Shown here in pieces: positions 9,026-19,668 of a stretch of 20,000 nt of DNA. The position numbers and the translations under genes were made by a program. This DNA is from Catajapyx aquilonaris (taxonomy: Eukaryota). The notes below the pieces were generated by a model, which worked only from the letters and a program-made list of their open reading frames with translations, was not told the origin of the DNA and did no database searches. The stretch spans positions 56,681-76,680 of the forward strand of contig KZ538396.1 of NCBI GenBank assembly GCA_000934665.2, in the 5' to 3' direction. Each line of letters begins with the position of its first letter. Within the stretch, counting starts at the first letter, position 1.

Positions 9026-9377
9026 TCACAGCTTGATTATCTCAAACATGGATGAGTCAATCCAACTACATGGATAATTCCCTTCCGAACTGCTGGTTTT
9101 TCGTGTTCTGAGTTGACAAAAGGCCCATGAGCCTCTCCCTTTGTTGCGAGCAGCTCGACCTGGGTTGAGTAATACTGTATGGGAGTCGAGTTTTCCCAGG
9201 TATGGGCTCAAGTCGGATGGCAACACCAAAATGTCAGGAGTGACATCCATCAGGCAGTGCTTCTCCCACAGACCCCAGTCCATGCTTATTGTTTCTGATG
9301 GAGGTACCAGTGGATACCAGTTGCGCTGGTGCAACAGGTGTCGACCAAGACGGGCCAGTCTATCTTCCTGTTGACCC
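9026..9377 (-). CDS. POLA2: DNA polymerase alpha subunit B, last coding exon
   Basis: Acceptor ttgttcacag|, phase 2. Reads GQQEDRLARLGRHLLHQRNWYPLVPPSE...VTPDILVLPSDL...LLNPGRAARNKGRGSW...EIIKL*, matching the POLA2 motifs DRxxR, QRSYYPLYPP, TPDVLIIPSEL and VNPGRL. Confidence 0.95.
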
Positions 9378-9616
9378 CTGTGAACAAGGATTTCAATTTA
9401 AAATGCTGCTATGTTACATCTACAAAACTTCTGTTGTTATCCATAACATACACTAGAAGTGACTAAAGAGGTCGCTTCCCAACCATGTTTTGTCTTTTCA
9501 AAAGCATAAGTAGAAGGGCTCATCTGATTTTAGCCATTCACCATTACCACTACACTATTAAATCATTTGTATTCAAGACTAATTCAGTCCTTCAAAAAGT
9601 TTCTTAGATTGAACTT

Positions 9617-9942
9617 TTTTTCTCTCTCGGGGAGAGCCATTGCTCCTATACGCCATCGATTCAAGTCCAATAGAAACTTAAGTCCAATAGCCATGTTAGA
9701 AGCGACCAGACCTATGGGCAGGGGGACTAGGAGGGGATGTGCAAGGTGCAGTGCATCGACTAGTAAGGTCATTTTGTGAGCTCCCCTGGGTGGCTTAGTC
9801 TGTCGGAAATACCACCCGAAACGAAGCCAGAGACGACCCGAGAACTCTGCACGAGATTAAGGGGGCATCCCCAGGTTGGGTTCGAAACTGGGACCTTAAC
9901 ATCTGTGGGCGTGTACGCTACCGCAGCACCACTCCGTCTCCC
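9617..9942 (-). mobile_element. Full-length tRNA-derived SINE with 14-bp TSD in the last POLA2 intron
   Basis: Minus strand GGGAGACGGAGTGGTGCTGCGGTAGCG (A-box-like)...GTTTCGAACCC (B box) and an A-rich tail. Exact direct repeat CTTAGATTGAACTT at 9603-9616 and 9943-9956. Confidence 0.9.
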
Positions 9943-10681
9943 CTTAGATTGAACTTGATAAGGGACAGGGAGAAGACCAAGGCCATCCCAGGGATGCTTG
10001 CATGTAGTCCACAAGTAGTCAAGACTGCTGGCAACATGTGAAGCAGTCTTGCCCCTCATAATGACATTAAAGAGCATCACAGGGACACTGTAATTGGCAT
10101 AGGAAAATTTACTGGCACTAATGCATTGGATTAATTGTGAAGCAAATGCAATTAACTCTGGAGGCATAACAAGAGAAGGTGCATCTCAAATGGAAGATAT
10201 CAATTGCCAAACACCTGCCGTCATTAAGTTACTTGGGATCTGTTTCTTGATATGGGCAAAAAGAATGAAGAGGGGACAAGAAATATGCTTTTAGATGGTG
10301 CACATAATATGTGGAATGTGTGCAGCATAGTCAACATGCCTCATGGGATGCAGTCATGAACAAACTTTTGTAACGTCATGCCTCTGAGAGAGAAATTAAG
10401 GAGACAGACAAACATGTGCACAGGTCAAGCTTTAGCTTTCACTTTGAGGATAGTAAAGGCTGTTTCACCAATTTGGTGAAGATGTGCATGGGATGAAAAG
10501 CAATGAACGAGACACCAGCACTGACAGGAGGAGAGTTAGTGGCAGATCCCACGAATGCAGCAGGCAGCCCTGTGGGTTTTAATGAAAATGACAGGCCCTG
10601 GCTATGATCCTGTATTCTGACCTTCTGGCCCCTACTTTTTGATCATGCTACAAAATAGGGCAAGAAATGGAAGGCACATCG

Positions 10682-10883
10682 GGGCATTTCCATGATGCAT
10701 ACGTCCATTCGTAACACAAGTTTTGCCTATGTGCACAAGTGTACAATGCCCGGATGCATGCACTGCAAGCTTAATCCATTTCATGCAATGTGTGTGCATT
10801 GTTACAATAAAATACACTAGTACATGTCTGCAAAACCTGCGTTAACGAACGGACAGTATGTCTGTGTTTGCGTGGAAATGCCC
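10682..10883. mobile_element. Degenerate foldback MITE (Harbinger-like ends)
   Basis: gggcatttcca...catacgtccattcgtaacacaagttttgc is inverted relative to gcaaaacctgcgttaacgaacggacagtatg...tggaaatgccc. It may sit inside an older element at about 10457-10965 (taaaggctgtttca / tgaaaagccttta). Confidence 0.6.
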
Positions 10884-11199
10884 ATCAGCTTTTTCATGAC
10901 TGTGTACAGGCCATCAGCCTGATTCACAAGCAGTTCACACAAGGATTTGGACCATGAAAAGCCTTTATTGCTTGTGACTGAAAACCACACCAGTTATGAA
11001 TGACCTCGGCATTTACATGCAAATTCAAGTACTGCGTCTTTCCTCCTTAGTAATGTTAAGCATTTCATCCATCCAGATGGAAAGTGAACCAAATCCAACT
11101 TAGCCATACAGTCAATGAATATATCCACAATCTTTACCATGATTATGCTGATTCCTTGCTTTCCATCAAGAACATTTGGAGGTGCACATCATAACTAAC

Positions 11200-11903
11200 C
11201 TGGATATCTCTGCTTGGCTGAGATGGAACAGGATGTCCGAGGAAGTACACCCGACAACAAGTCCTCCAACCTTGACTACACATGGGTCGGGTAGCATCCT
11301 AACACGTGGATGAGACTTCTTGGTGGTGGTCATTGGTGGTGGTGTTGGATACACTGGTGAAGACGATAAAGGATCCCGCCCACTAGCCACCATCAGCACT
11401 TGGGTCCTTGTTTCCTCTGCTGCTGTGCCCAAGGCAGTAACAATGCTATCTAGTATGTCCTGGAAACTCTCACCCATCTTGTCAATGACACCTGCCTCCA
11501 AGCTCTCAGGCACACAGGGACCTAGCAGCAGCAGGACCTGAGGGCGTCGTTGCTTCATTTCTTCCACAAGGACATCAAGTGCATCCATGGCCAGAGTGTC
11601 CACAGCACAGAAGGGTCCTGAGGCTACCATCATGTCAAAGCTGCAGGACAGTTTTGATGTCTGAACAGGTCGAAGCCAGCTCGATTCCAGCCTGGTGACT
11701 GTCATCTTGGTACCATTCAGGTTGGTCCCCTGAGCCACGACAACCTGACCAGGAAACACAGACACTGGGCCATTGAGTGTGGATACATCCAGCTCTATTT
11801 GAGATGCTCCGCTCCACTCCTGAATCCCTTCCAGGTACAGGCTGGATAAAGAAAGAGGGCAGTCTGTGTGGGCACTGATGCGTCCAGCTACAGTCTCAAC
11901 TTC
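11200..11903 (-). CDS. POLA2: DNA polymerase alpha subunit B, 704-bp exon (OB fold and PDE-like domain)
   Basis: Acceptor tgtctttccag|, donor |gttagt. Contains GRI, LYLEG, SVFPGQVVVAQGTN, VASGPF, PQVLLLLGP, PVYPTPP, LPDPC and SSDILFHLSQAEIS, the POLA2/Pol12 motifs in order. Confidence 0.97.
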
Positions 11904-12566
11904 CTGGAAAGACAATATTACCAATTTATTGTGTTTACCTATTACCTGTATAGATTTCTTTTTAGCTACGGATAAGATGTACCTACCACCCATTTTAAAG
12001 GGGTTAATTGCACTTAGTACTGAATGTCTCCCATGACTTATGTGGATGGGCAAAATTAATTGCACATTTGAAGTCTACATGTAAAATTAAAATTATTTTG
12101 TCAGAAAAGTTGTGAAATTATTTACAGGTGTACGTGAATTGCTGATATGGAAGAGTGGATGAGACTTCATTCCCCCTACTTAGAAGTTAGTTTTCAGTTG
12201 GCATATTTCCTACAGGTAAAATGCAAACCTCACCCAATACCAGCATTCCCTGCTTTTTCCAGCATTCAGGTATAGCCACAAAACATGCATTTTCATCTGG
12301 TCACCCCGACTTGACCAAAATTCCAGTATTTGCAGGGTTATACAATAACAGTGAAATTATTCTGACAGTGAGCAGGACATCTCTTCAAAAATACATATAT
12401 TATAATGTATTCAGCATTACAAAGTACTGACATCAAGTCTTTAATTGTTAATTATAACGTGTTGAATCATTGTTGTCTAGCATGATGCCAGTACTATTCA
12501 ATGGCTAAATACATCATCAGTTGAAGTGTGTCAGGTGTTGGCATTTCACAGTAATAAGTATGCTAA

Positions 12567-12704
12567 AGGTGTGTTCCCACGCTTACAAGAATTGATTATA
12601 GCAAATGAAAGAAGCAAATTCTCATACTCGATTAGTCAGCCAACTTCTTGCTCATGCTAAAGAAGTCTGGAAACACCCCTTCTTGTGAGCTTGGGAACAC
12701 AACT
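12567..12704. mobile_element. Short PIF/Harbinger-like MITE
   Basis: Inverted termini GTGTTCCCACGCTTACAAGAA / TTCTTGTGAGCTTGGGAACAC (19/21), preceded by TAA; TSD imperfect. Confidence 0.65.
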
Positions 12705-14159
12705 ATTAATTTATCAACATAAAACTGCCTTGCTCATTGGATTTAAATGTGTGGTCTCATTTGTAACACACTATTACTACTGACCCAGTGATGTTACACT
12801 ACCAGTTGCATTGAGGTTTACACTTTACATAATGTACTTTACATGCAGTGGAAGATGGAATGGTCAAATCTGTTCGAGGAACAGAATCGAGAAAATAAAT
12901 GAACTTGGCCATTTCTCACAGAACTTGCCAAATGATACCCAGGCAGTGGGCAATTAACACTCGACATTTTATACATGCCCAGAACTTTAATTCAGTCAAG
13001 TCCATTTATACAACTTAAATGAGTCGCAACTCACAATTTAGACCCATCTCAGTTGCAAATATCAACTGGCAGGCAGGTTCATGCATACAAACAACTCTGA
13101 AGATGCACTGGAAACTCGTTGCTGGGATGAAACTATCTTCTTCCAGAAAGGTTAATATACTGTGCTCCAGGAGCTTATATGGGCAATCACAAAATGAATA
13201 GGGGGTTGCAATCAACCAAAGTCATAAGTGGGATAGGCAGCTTTGCTTACACCCACAACATTTGAGACCTGATTTCAAAATCTTACCTCCTAGTCTTGTT
13301 TCACAGAGCCATATTTTGTCATCCACCACACTTAATAGTCGCTTCACATGCTGCATTGGTTCTTATCACTTGATTAACATTTCTCCAGACAATTCATTGC
13401 TCTTTAATGGGAGTTTCAAGTTATGTAAAATTCCCAATGAAATCCCTCATTATGTCAATGTATGGCTATAGTAGTGCTCTTAACAACAGAAAACGCTTTA
13501 TTCCTTTTCAACCGCATTGCAGTGAATATGCACTTTTACATGAAATAAATATCCACTTTCACAATCTCACACCCTACTTCGAAAGCACAAGTTACTTTGA
13601 TGCCACAAATCCAGCATCACAATGCTTTCAACTCCAACATGTCTACTTGCAACCAGCACCCATTGGAGGCAGTGGTGCCTGGTGAAACCATCTTTCTGCC
13701 TCTCCCCCTACTGTACCATGTCACAGGAGAAATTATCATGAGAAAGCAATTTTTATTATGGGCTATTGGCAGCAAACTTTTGGGTCTATCAAGTCCACTT
13801 CACAAAAGATATACCCAGAGTTAATTCATGTTAGATATTAGCCACAACTCTTGGCAGATAGAATCACTTAATAAATTATGCATAACTCCTAATTACTAAG
13901 CAATTCTTGTCAGACATGAAATGGTTTTTCTTCAAAACCTACTATGCAGATTAAGCAACACATTTAGTTACCTCCCCTTCTACTCAAAAATGCATCAACA
14001 TCTAAAAATGTGCAGCTCTTGTTCCATCAATCCTAGTGAAAATGTAGGGATTAAATGCATGTGATCCCATTGCTTACTAAATGACACCGTCACATGATTA
14101 CATTCAATGATGTTAATTTGTTACACTATTGCAGCAGTGTGATGGATAACGCTTCTTAA

Positions 14160-14630
14160 CCCTTAACTACGTAGGTGGAGCCTGAGAGGCTCCAAGCACT
14201 ATTTAAACGCATGTAACTTTTTCATCGAATTTTATTTTCCCCTGTCCTTCCGTGACTTTGTCAGACAAACCTTCCTAAGCATGAAAAGGAAAGAAAAAAA
14301 ATTTTAGTCCCTATTGTTCGGTTTAAAAAAATTCGTAACGAGGAACAGGTCCCTCCTGGACTCTATACTGGCTCTACCTATGCAGGTGAAGACTGAGCGG
14401 ATCAAGCATGATGTAACCTTTTAATTAAGAATTTTTCCCTGTCGGAATATGGTGACTCAGCGTGTGATTTTTACGTTATCGGAAGCCTAATGATCTGAAC
14501 TGCACTTTCTGTATGTGAAAAGTCCAATATAACAATTTAGTTGATAAGCAGAAATTTAAATATACCGTTGGAGCCTCTCAGGCTCCACCTACGTAGTTAA
14601 AGGTGTTTCACCCACCTACGTAGTTAAGGG
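14160..14630. mobile_element. piggyBac-type MITE (471 bp)
   Basis: TTAA on both sides (14156-14159, 14631-14634). Perfect 19-bp TIR CCCTTAACTACGTAGGTGG and subterminal palindrome GGAGCCTGAGAGGCTCC. Confidence 0.93.
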
Positions 14631-14916
14631 TTAAGTACTCTTACTTTATTTACACCAGTCATTCTCTGGATTCTCTGGGTATCCCTCTGGATTTTAAAAA
14701 TGACTACTCATTACACCACTCGCAGTACTGTTCAATGAACCCTAATGATTACTTGTAGAAAGAAATGTTGCATATAAAAGGCCAATTCCATACATAAAAC
14801 AAAATGCAAAAGGGAATGGCAAGTACATATCAGTTGCAATTGGAAAGAACCTGCTCAGAAACGTGTCTCCTGGCCAAAAAAAAAAGTTCTATACTTGAAA
14901 GCATTTTTCTTCTTAC

Positions 14917-15202
14917 CAGACTTGGTATATGCAAAGGTGAGCTGGGTTCTTCCAGTCCATGTGCTGTTGCTATGTTGGTAGCCAGCAGTTGAGCCACATC
15001 ATCCAGAATAAGTACAGCTTCACTGGATGGTGAATACATGTGCATGGGCATGGAGTTGAGATTCTGAGCTGAAGCATCCTGCACTTCTATTGTCGTGAAT
15101 TCACGCTGAGGTAGAGTGCTTTCGAACAGCTCACCCTTCAGGTTCCGAATTGTCTCGCCAGATCTACTCTGATCCAAAAACCCAGGGCTGGTTGCAAACT
15201 GC
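14917..15202 (-). CDS. POLA2: DNA polymerase alpha subunit B, internal exon
   Basis: Acceptor ttttaaag| (phase 2), donor |gtaaga (phase 0, fits the 11903 exon). Reads QFATSPGFLDQSRSGETIRNL...MPMHMY...ILDDVAQLLATNIATAHGLEEPSSPLHIPSL, colinear with the POLA2 linker. Confidence 0.85.
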
Positions 15203-15277
15203 CTTTAAAAGCAGTACAATGGCACATGAACACTGCCACCAGAAGAGCTGAGATTACAGACGTAAAACAGAACTCAC

Positions 15278-15381
15278 CTGTAAGAAGGGTAAGCCTTTGG
15301 TGACACCAGAGATGTTGAGGTCTTGGTGAATTGCTTTGAAGATGTTGGAGTCGTAGGCTCCCATTCTCCCTTCTTGCCATT
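15278..15381 (-). CDS. POLA2: DNA polymerase alpha subunit B, S/T-P-rich exon
   Basis: Acceptor ctttctttcag|, donor |gtgagt. 104 nt reading NGKKGEWEPTTPTSSKQFTKTSTSLVSPKAYPSY; phases 0/2 fit both neighbours, and TP/SP sites are typical of this POLA2 region. Confidence 0.85.
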
Positions 15382-15444
15382 CTGAAAGAAAGGGTTAGGT
15401 TATGTCTTGTCAGATCAATTAATCCAGGACTTGCCAGACATTAG

Positions 15445-15952
15445 CAGTGATGGGGAGTATCTAGATACAAGTATCTAGATACCAAAAGGAGTATCTTTTA
15501 TCTTATCTAGATAATTTGAAGTTTGTGTATCTATACTTGTATCTAGCTACTTTACACATAGTATCTGATGGCATCACCAGATACATTTCCAGATACTTTT
15601 TAGGCGATTTTTCTGATGAAAACGTGATTCCCCTACATAGAAATAAATGCAGTAATGCACCGTTCCGCATTCTTAATCTACTCCGAACTTTGGTAAACGT
15701 CTGTTTCAATCCACAGTGAACCAGAGTATAATATGTTATTGAGGATGACAAATGTCAAAAGAAATATATTCGCGTGTGCCTGCGAATCAGTATATCGTAT
15801 ATGGAGTTGTATGGACGGTATCTGAAATAGTATCTTATCTATTATCTAGATACAATGTTGAACGAGTATCTGGTACAGTATCTAGATGGAAATATTTCCA
15901 AGTATCTATTATCTTATCTAGATACTTTTTGAAAGTATCTTCCCCATCACTG
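15445..15952. mobile_element. hAT-type non-autonomous element (508 bp)
   Basis: TIR CAGTGATGGGGA / TCCCCATCACTG. Perfect 8-bp TSD GACATTAG at 15437-15444 and 15953-15960. Subterminal arrays of GTATCT/AGATAC. Confidence 0.93.
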
Positions 15953-16163
15953 GACATTAGTCTATCAACTTTTGTGTCGAATACTTGCAAATAGCCCATT
16001 TCCATAAAATGTCAACAGCATCTTTTCACCTCTCACCCACAAACCCCTACTTGAGAGTAGGAGCACACTAAGAATTCTGTGCAATCTTGAAAATGGCTAT
16101 TATCTCATACAGCAGCATTAATTTTAGACAATATATTGTTGTTAACACATAAAGCTTCATTAA

Positions 16164-16311
16164 GGGCCAGTTTCACCAAGCTCAGTATATTATAAATCAG
16201 AGTTCCTTGTCGAAAGATCTTCAGTTTTCATTGTTGACAACAATGGTTTGCTGTGGCAATTCTTGTTATAACCGAGGTTCTAAGTTATACTGAGCTTGGT
16301 GAAACAGGCCC
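16164..16311. mobile_element. PIF/Harbinger-type MITE (148 bp)
   Basis: TIRs GGGCCAGTTTCACCAAGCTCAGTATA / TATACTGAGCTTGGTGAAACAGGCCC (25/26); TAA TSD at 16161-16163 and 16312-16314. Confidence 0.92.
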
Positions 16312-17049
16312 TAAGTGACTTGACTTGGGGGAAAAAAAATGATGAATGCCTGAACACAACTTGCAACTTGCAAATTCATTACTTCCAAGTATTGCACAAC
16401 ATTATTCTTAGCACAAGCCCATTGTACATTAACTCTGTTCAAGCAACTAAAAGCCTGACAATACACAGATTATTTGATTTCAATATCATTTTTCAAGTCT
16501 CTCGGGTAATTCAATTTTCTCCCTCTTTTTAAGTGATGCAATAAGGGCACACTGACTCTCACTTTGTTAAGCGGCTTCTACTCCGTTAGGTGGCAGCTCA
16601 ATGAATAACCAGATCAGGGAGGTCATGGGCAGGTGAAGAGTCAACAACCATGAATGCATCAGGTTAACATGTCCTTTCCAGGTTTCATGTGAATCATTTT
16701 TAAACACCATGTTTACAAATACAGCCTTATTTTCATTATTAATGACAATTTCGCCTCATTACATATCCAAAAGGCGAAAGTGTCCCTATCCACAGACCAT
16801 GTAAATGTTGCTTAAAAGCTAAGCCTGTCCCTGAGATCAGAGCAAAAATGCTGCTATATTTTGTGCACACAGTCTGAACCCGAGTTCAACTCTCGAGAGG
16901 TATACTTCAGCAACTATCCCCTGTGAAGAAATATATAATTGTTAAAAACTGCAACACAATGTGCATCAAACGCAAATTATGAAGCATTATCAATTAAAAC
17001 TGCGAGCCACTCATTTTTTAAACAAGTGCCATTACTGCCAGGATACAAA

Positions 17050-18700
17050 AATTTTAATGGTCAAGGATGCGAGGGNGTAATCCCCTCCCCCTCGACTCTA
17101 CCTTCTTATTCCCGAGTCTGTCCAAAATGGTTCCCTGAGGGAGACGCCGACCTTGGTGAGGCCGTTGCCTCTCTTCCCAGGGGAACAAAGAAGGGCGGGA
17201 AAACGGTGGGTGGGTGGGTGGCATAAAGGTGGGGGCGACGTGAGTATGGGGGAGGAGTGGGTGTAAAGCCGATGGATCAGACTCGAGTAATGCCACATGC
17301 ACCCCTATAGCCTATCACAGCTAATCCTTCGCATTGCCAAACTGCGCCCGAGGAATCATACACCCCCCCNGCTCGGAACCACCTTAAAAAAAAAAAAAGC
17401 TACCTGAGAGTCACGTGAACCCAACAGACCAATGGCGTCCACAGTCCGAGAGAGGCAATGAACCCGCGCCCTGGGGCCAACATCCCCTTCAACTGACTTT
17501 TTCCATTTGAATTTCCACCGCCCAGATTTAAATCCCGACCGTTACGAAAAGTATCCGTTTCGCTGCGCCCCTGCCCCCCTCAAGACCCCCAGGAATGTCA
17601 ACTATTCCCCCACCCCCAAAGTGTCACCCCCCATTTTACCTGTCCGGCCGGGGAAAACCCACTAGTTGAAATAAACCCTCACGTCTTTAGATGAGTGTGG
17701 ATCTAGTCATGAGATCTGAATGTCACACGCACTAGAGGCTCACCCATCGGTAGACGCAGAGGTTAGGGGGGTTTGTTGAAATATTCATCATCTCCAGGTG
17801 GGGGCCAATCCGCCGACTAGTCAACCCGTCCGTTGATGAGTGTGGATCTAGTCATGAGATCGAATACTACATGCACCAGTTCCGCACCCACCCACGGCCG
17901 ACCTGTTGGCTGCTCCTCCGGGTTCCACATCCGCAGCGCCTATCATATACAAATCATGGGAGACTACAACGCCCGAATCAAACCCGCCACCCTTTTTTTT
18001 TTGCCTCCCCCCCATTCCGTGAGAAGGTGGGGCGCCCAAATGGAGCCACCACCCATGTGGGTCAAAACGACAATGTTTCACATCCCCAAACCAGTCAAGG
18101 TCTCATANTCGATTTCTACACCTCCGCGACATTGAAAGTGCCAATGACCCTACCGAATGAAAAATTTCCCTCCACCAGGATTACACAAGCACACGATTAC
18201 GAAGTTTCACCAACAATGTATCCCGACGGCTTGAAGCGGAACGATGGAAACGCCGCCACTTACGACCCCTACCTGTCCAGAAGCACTGCTGCCGTGGTAG
18301 CTACAAGAAAAGTGCACTGCTCCCCCTTCTTCCTCCGCAAGACTCCGCGTCTCGTCTCTTTTCTGGCGGGCAAGCCGAGATTCCCCTCACCCCTCGCANC
18401 CCCCCCACACCCTTTCCATTTGCTCCCCGTACCCCTCAAACCTCAGCAGGCCACAATGCTCGCTGGCCTTGAAATGCCCCCCTACCACATCGTATACCCC
18501 CACCTATTTTCTTACCTGCCCCAGGGAAACATCCTCCCCCTCTACCCTTACCCCCCATCCGCCACCCCACCAACCACCTTCCAAAAGCTTCTTCCCTCAC
18601 CTGGCCAAACCGCCGCCTTCGTTTTCAGACCCCTGTGACGTCACTTGCCCCTTCCCACCACCCAAACAACTGATGTTCCTTCAACTTCTTCAACTGACAC
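17050..18700. other. Probable low-quality or gap-fill sequence inside a POLA2 intron
   Basis: Isolated n bases at 17076, 17370, 18108 and 18399. Abrupt shift to C-rich, homopolymer-run, CpG-containing sequence unlike the flanks. Confidence 0.7.
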
Positions 18701-19448
18701 CTGGCCACTGAAGGAGAGAAAAATGAAACCGTCTCTTGCATATTCGAATGGGGCCGGAAAAATGTCACATTCCTGCAGTCCCCCTCACTAGTCAGTTCTA
18801 TTTCCATGAAATGTTACCAAAGCGCAAAGAATTTTTTTCCCCTCCATTGTGAGTGGACAGGCAGCCTTTCCTGGAAGCTTGCAAAAATTGCATGCTCACG
18901 AGTGCTTGACTAGCACCTTTGCAATCAACCCACTCCTTGCGTCCAGTAGACCAAAGTGCACCTTGCCTGCCTCGGCAATGTTTTGCATTGGGTGGTTGCA
19001 TTTTCAAAAATCATCTTTGCCTCAATACTGATGCATTCGTGGTTCATTAATTTAAAAAACAAATTGTCCTCCCAAACTATTCTCAGGTCCTGTTTTCCAT
19101 AGAGTAGTCTGGCTAAAATAACCTTTATAGTAATGTGCAGATGTGCCTTTTTTTTTTTTTGGCAAGAAGGAAGAATTGCCAAACATATTACCCACCTCTG
19201 GACTAGCATCCAATGAGCAATGCCAAATGAGATGTTTTACACTGCAGTAAAGCTTGGTAATCGGGTCGTAAAATGGCCATAACGTGAAAGTCGCAGAACT
19301 TACAGCTCAATTGTGTCAATAACACCCATCAAAAATTTTGTGCTTGGAACAGACTGTTCTAAGTACATGACAGGACTTCATTCTATATGTGTAACAAGAG
19401 GCATATAACCACTATAAAATATATATGTAAAATAAACTATGCACTTAC

Positions 19449-19497
19449 TTCTAATAAATCCTTGCCATATTCCTCCAGAAGATAATCAGTTGGGGTC
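19449..19497 (-). CDS. POLA2: DNA polymerase alpha subunit B, 49-bp exon after the U12 intron
   Basis: |G ACC CCA ACT GAT TAT CTT CTG GAG GAA TAT GGC AAG GAT TTA TTA GAA|gtaagt = (K)TPTDYLLEEYGKDLLE. Phases 2/0 join 19669 to 15381 in frame. Confidence 0.85.
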
Positions 19498-19668
19498 CTG
19501 GTACAGGTAATGTTAAGGAACACATTAGGACCATTCACCTGGCAATGGCATTCCACAGCAAGATGTGTTTTCCATTGTTATTGAGTCAACAATTAATAAT
19601 GGAAAACATGATCCTGCCATGAAAGGGAATGTCATTATCAATATTATTATTCCACTCATAAAGGATAC
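19498..19668 (-). other. U12-type (minor spliceosome) GT-AG intron, 171 bp
   Basis: 5' splice site GTATCCTTT (19668-19660). Branch site TTCCTTAAC (19520-19512), followed by 14 nt ending in CAG; no polypyrimidine tract. Confidence 0.92.

Noticed and set aside
6547..9942. tRNA genes at 6720-6789, 7464-7535, 8082-8155 and 9870-9942
   Set aside because: Acceptor and anticodon stems do not pair properly, and each continues into a repeat body; they are SINE heads.
11904..12065. N-terminal 54 aa of the 299-aa ORF
   Set aside because: Intronic read-through upstream of the acceptor at 11904-11905; POLA2 similarity starts at EVETVAGRI.
16860..16935. Acceptor-like ttcttcacag on the minus strand, a possible extra POLA2 exon
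   Set aside because: The protein is already complete and in frame without it; no good donor and no similarity.
17871..18638. 255-aa Pro-rich ORF
   Set aside because: Contains ambiguous bases, lies in C-rich low-quality sequence and has no recognisable domain.
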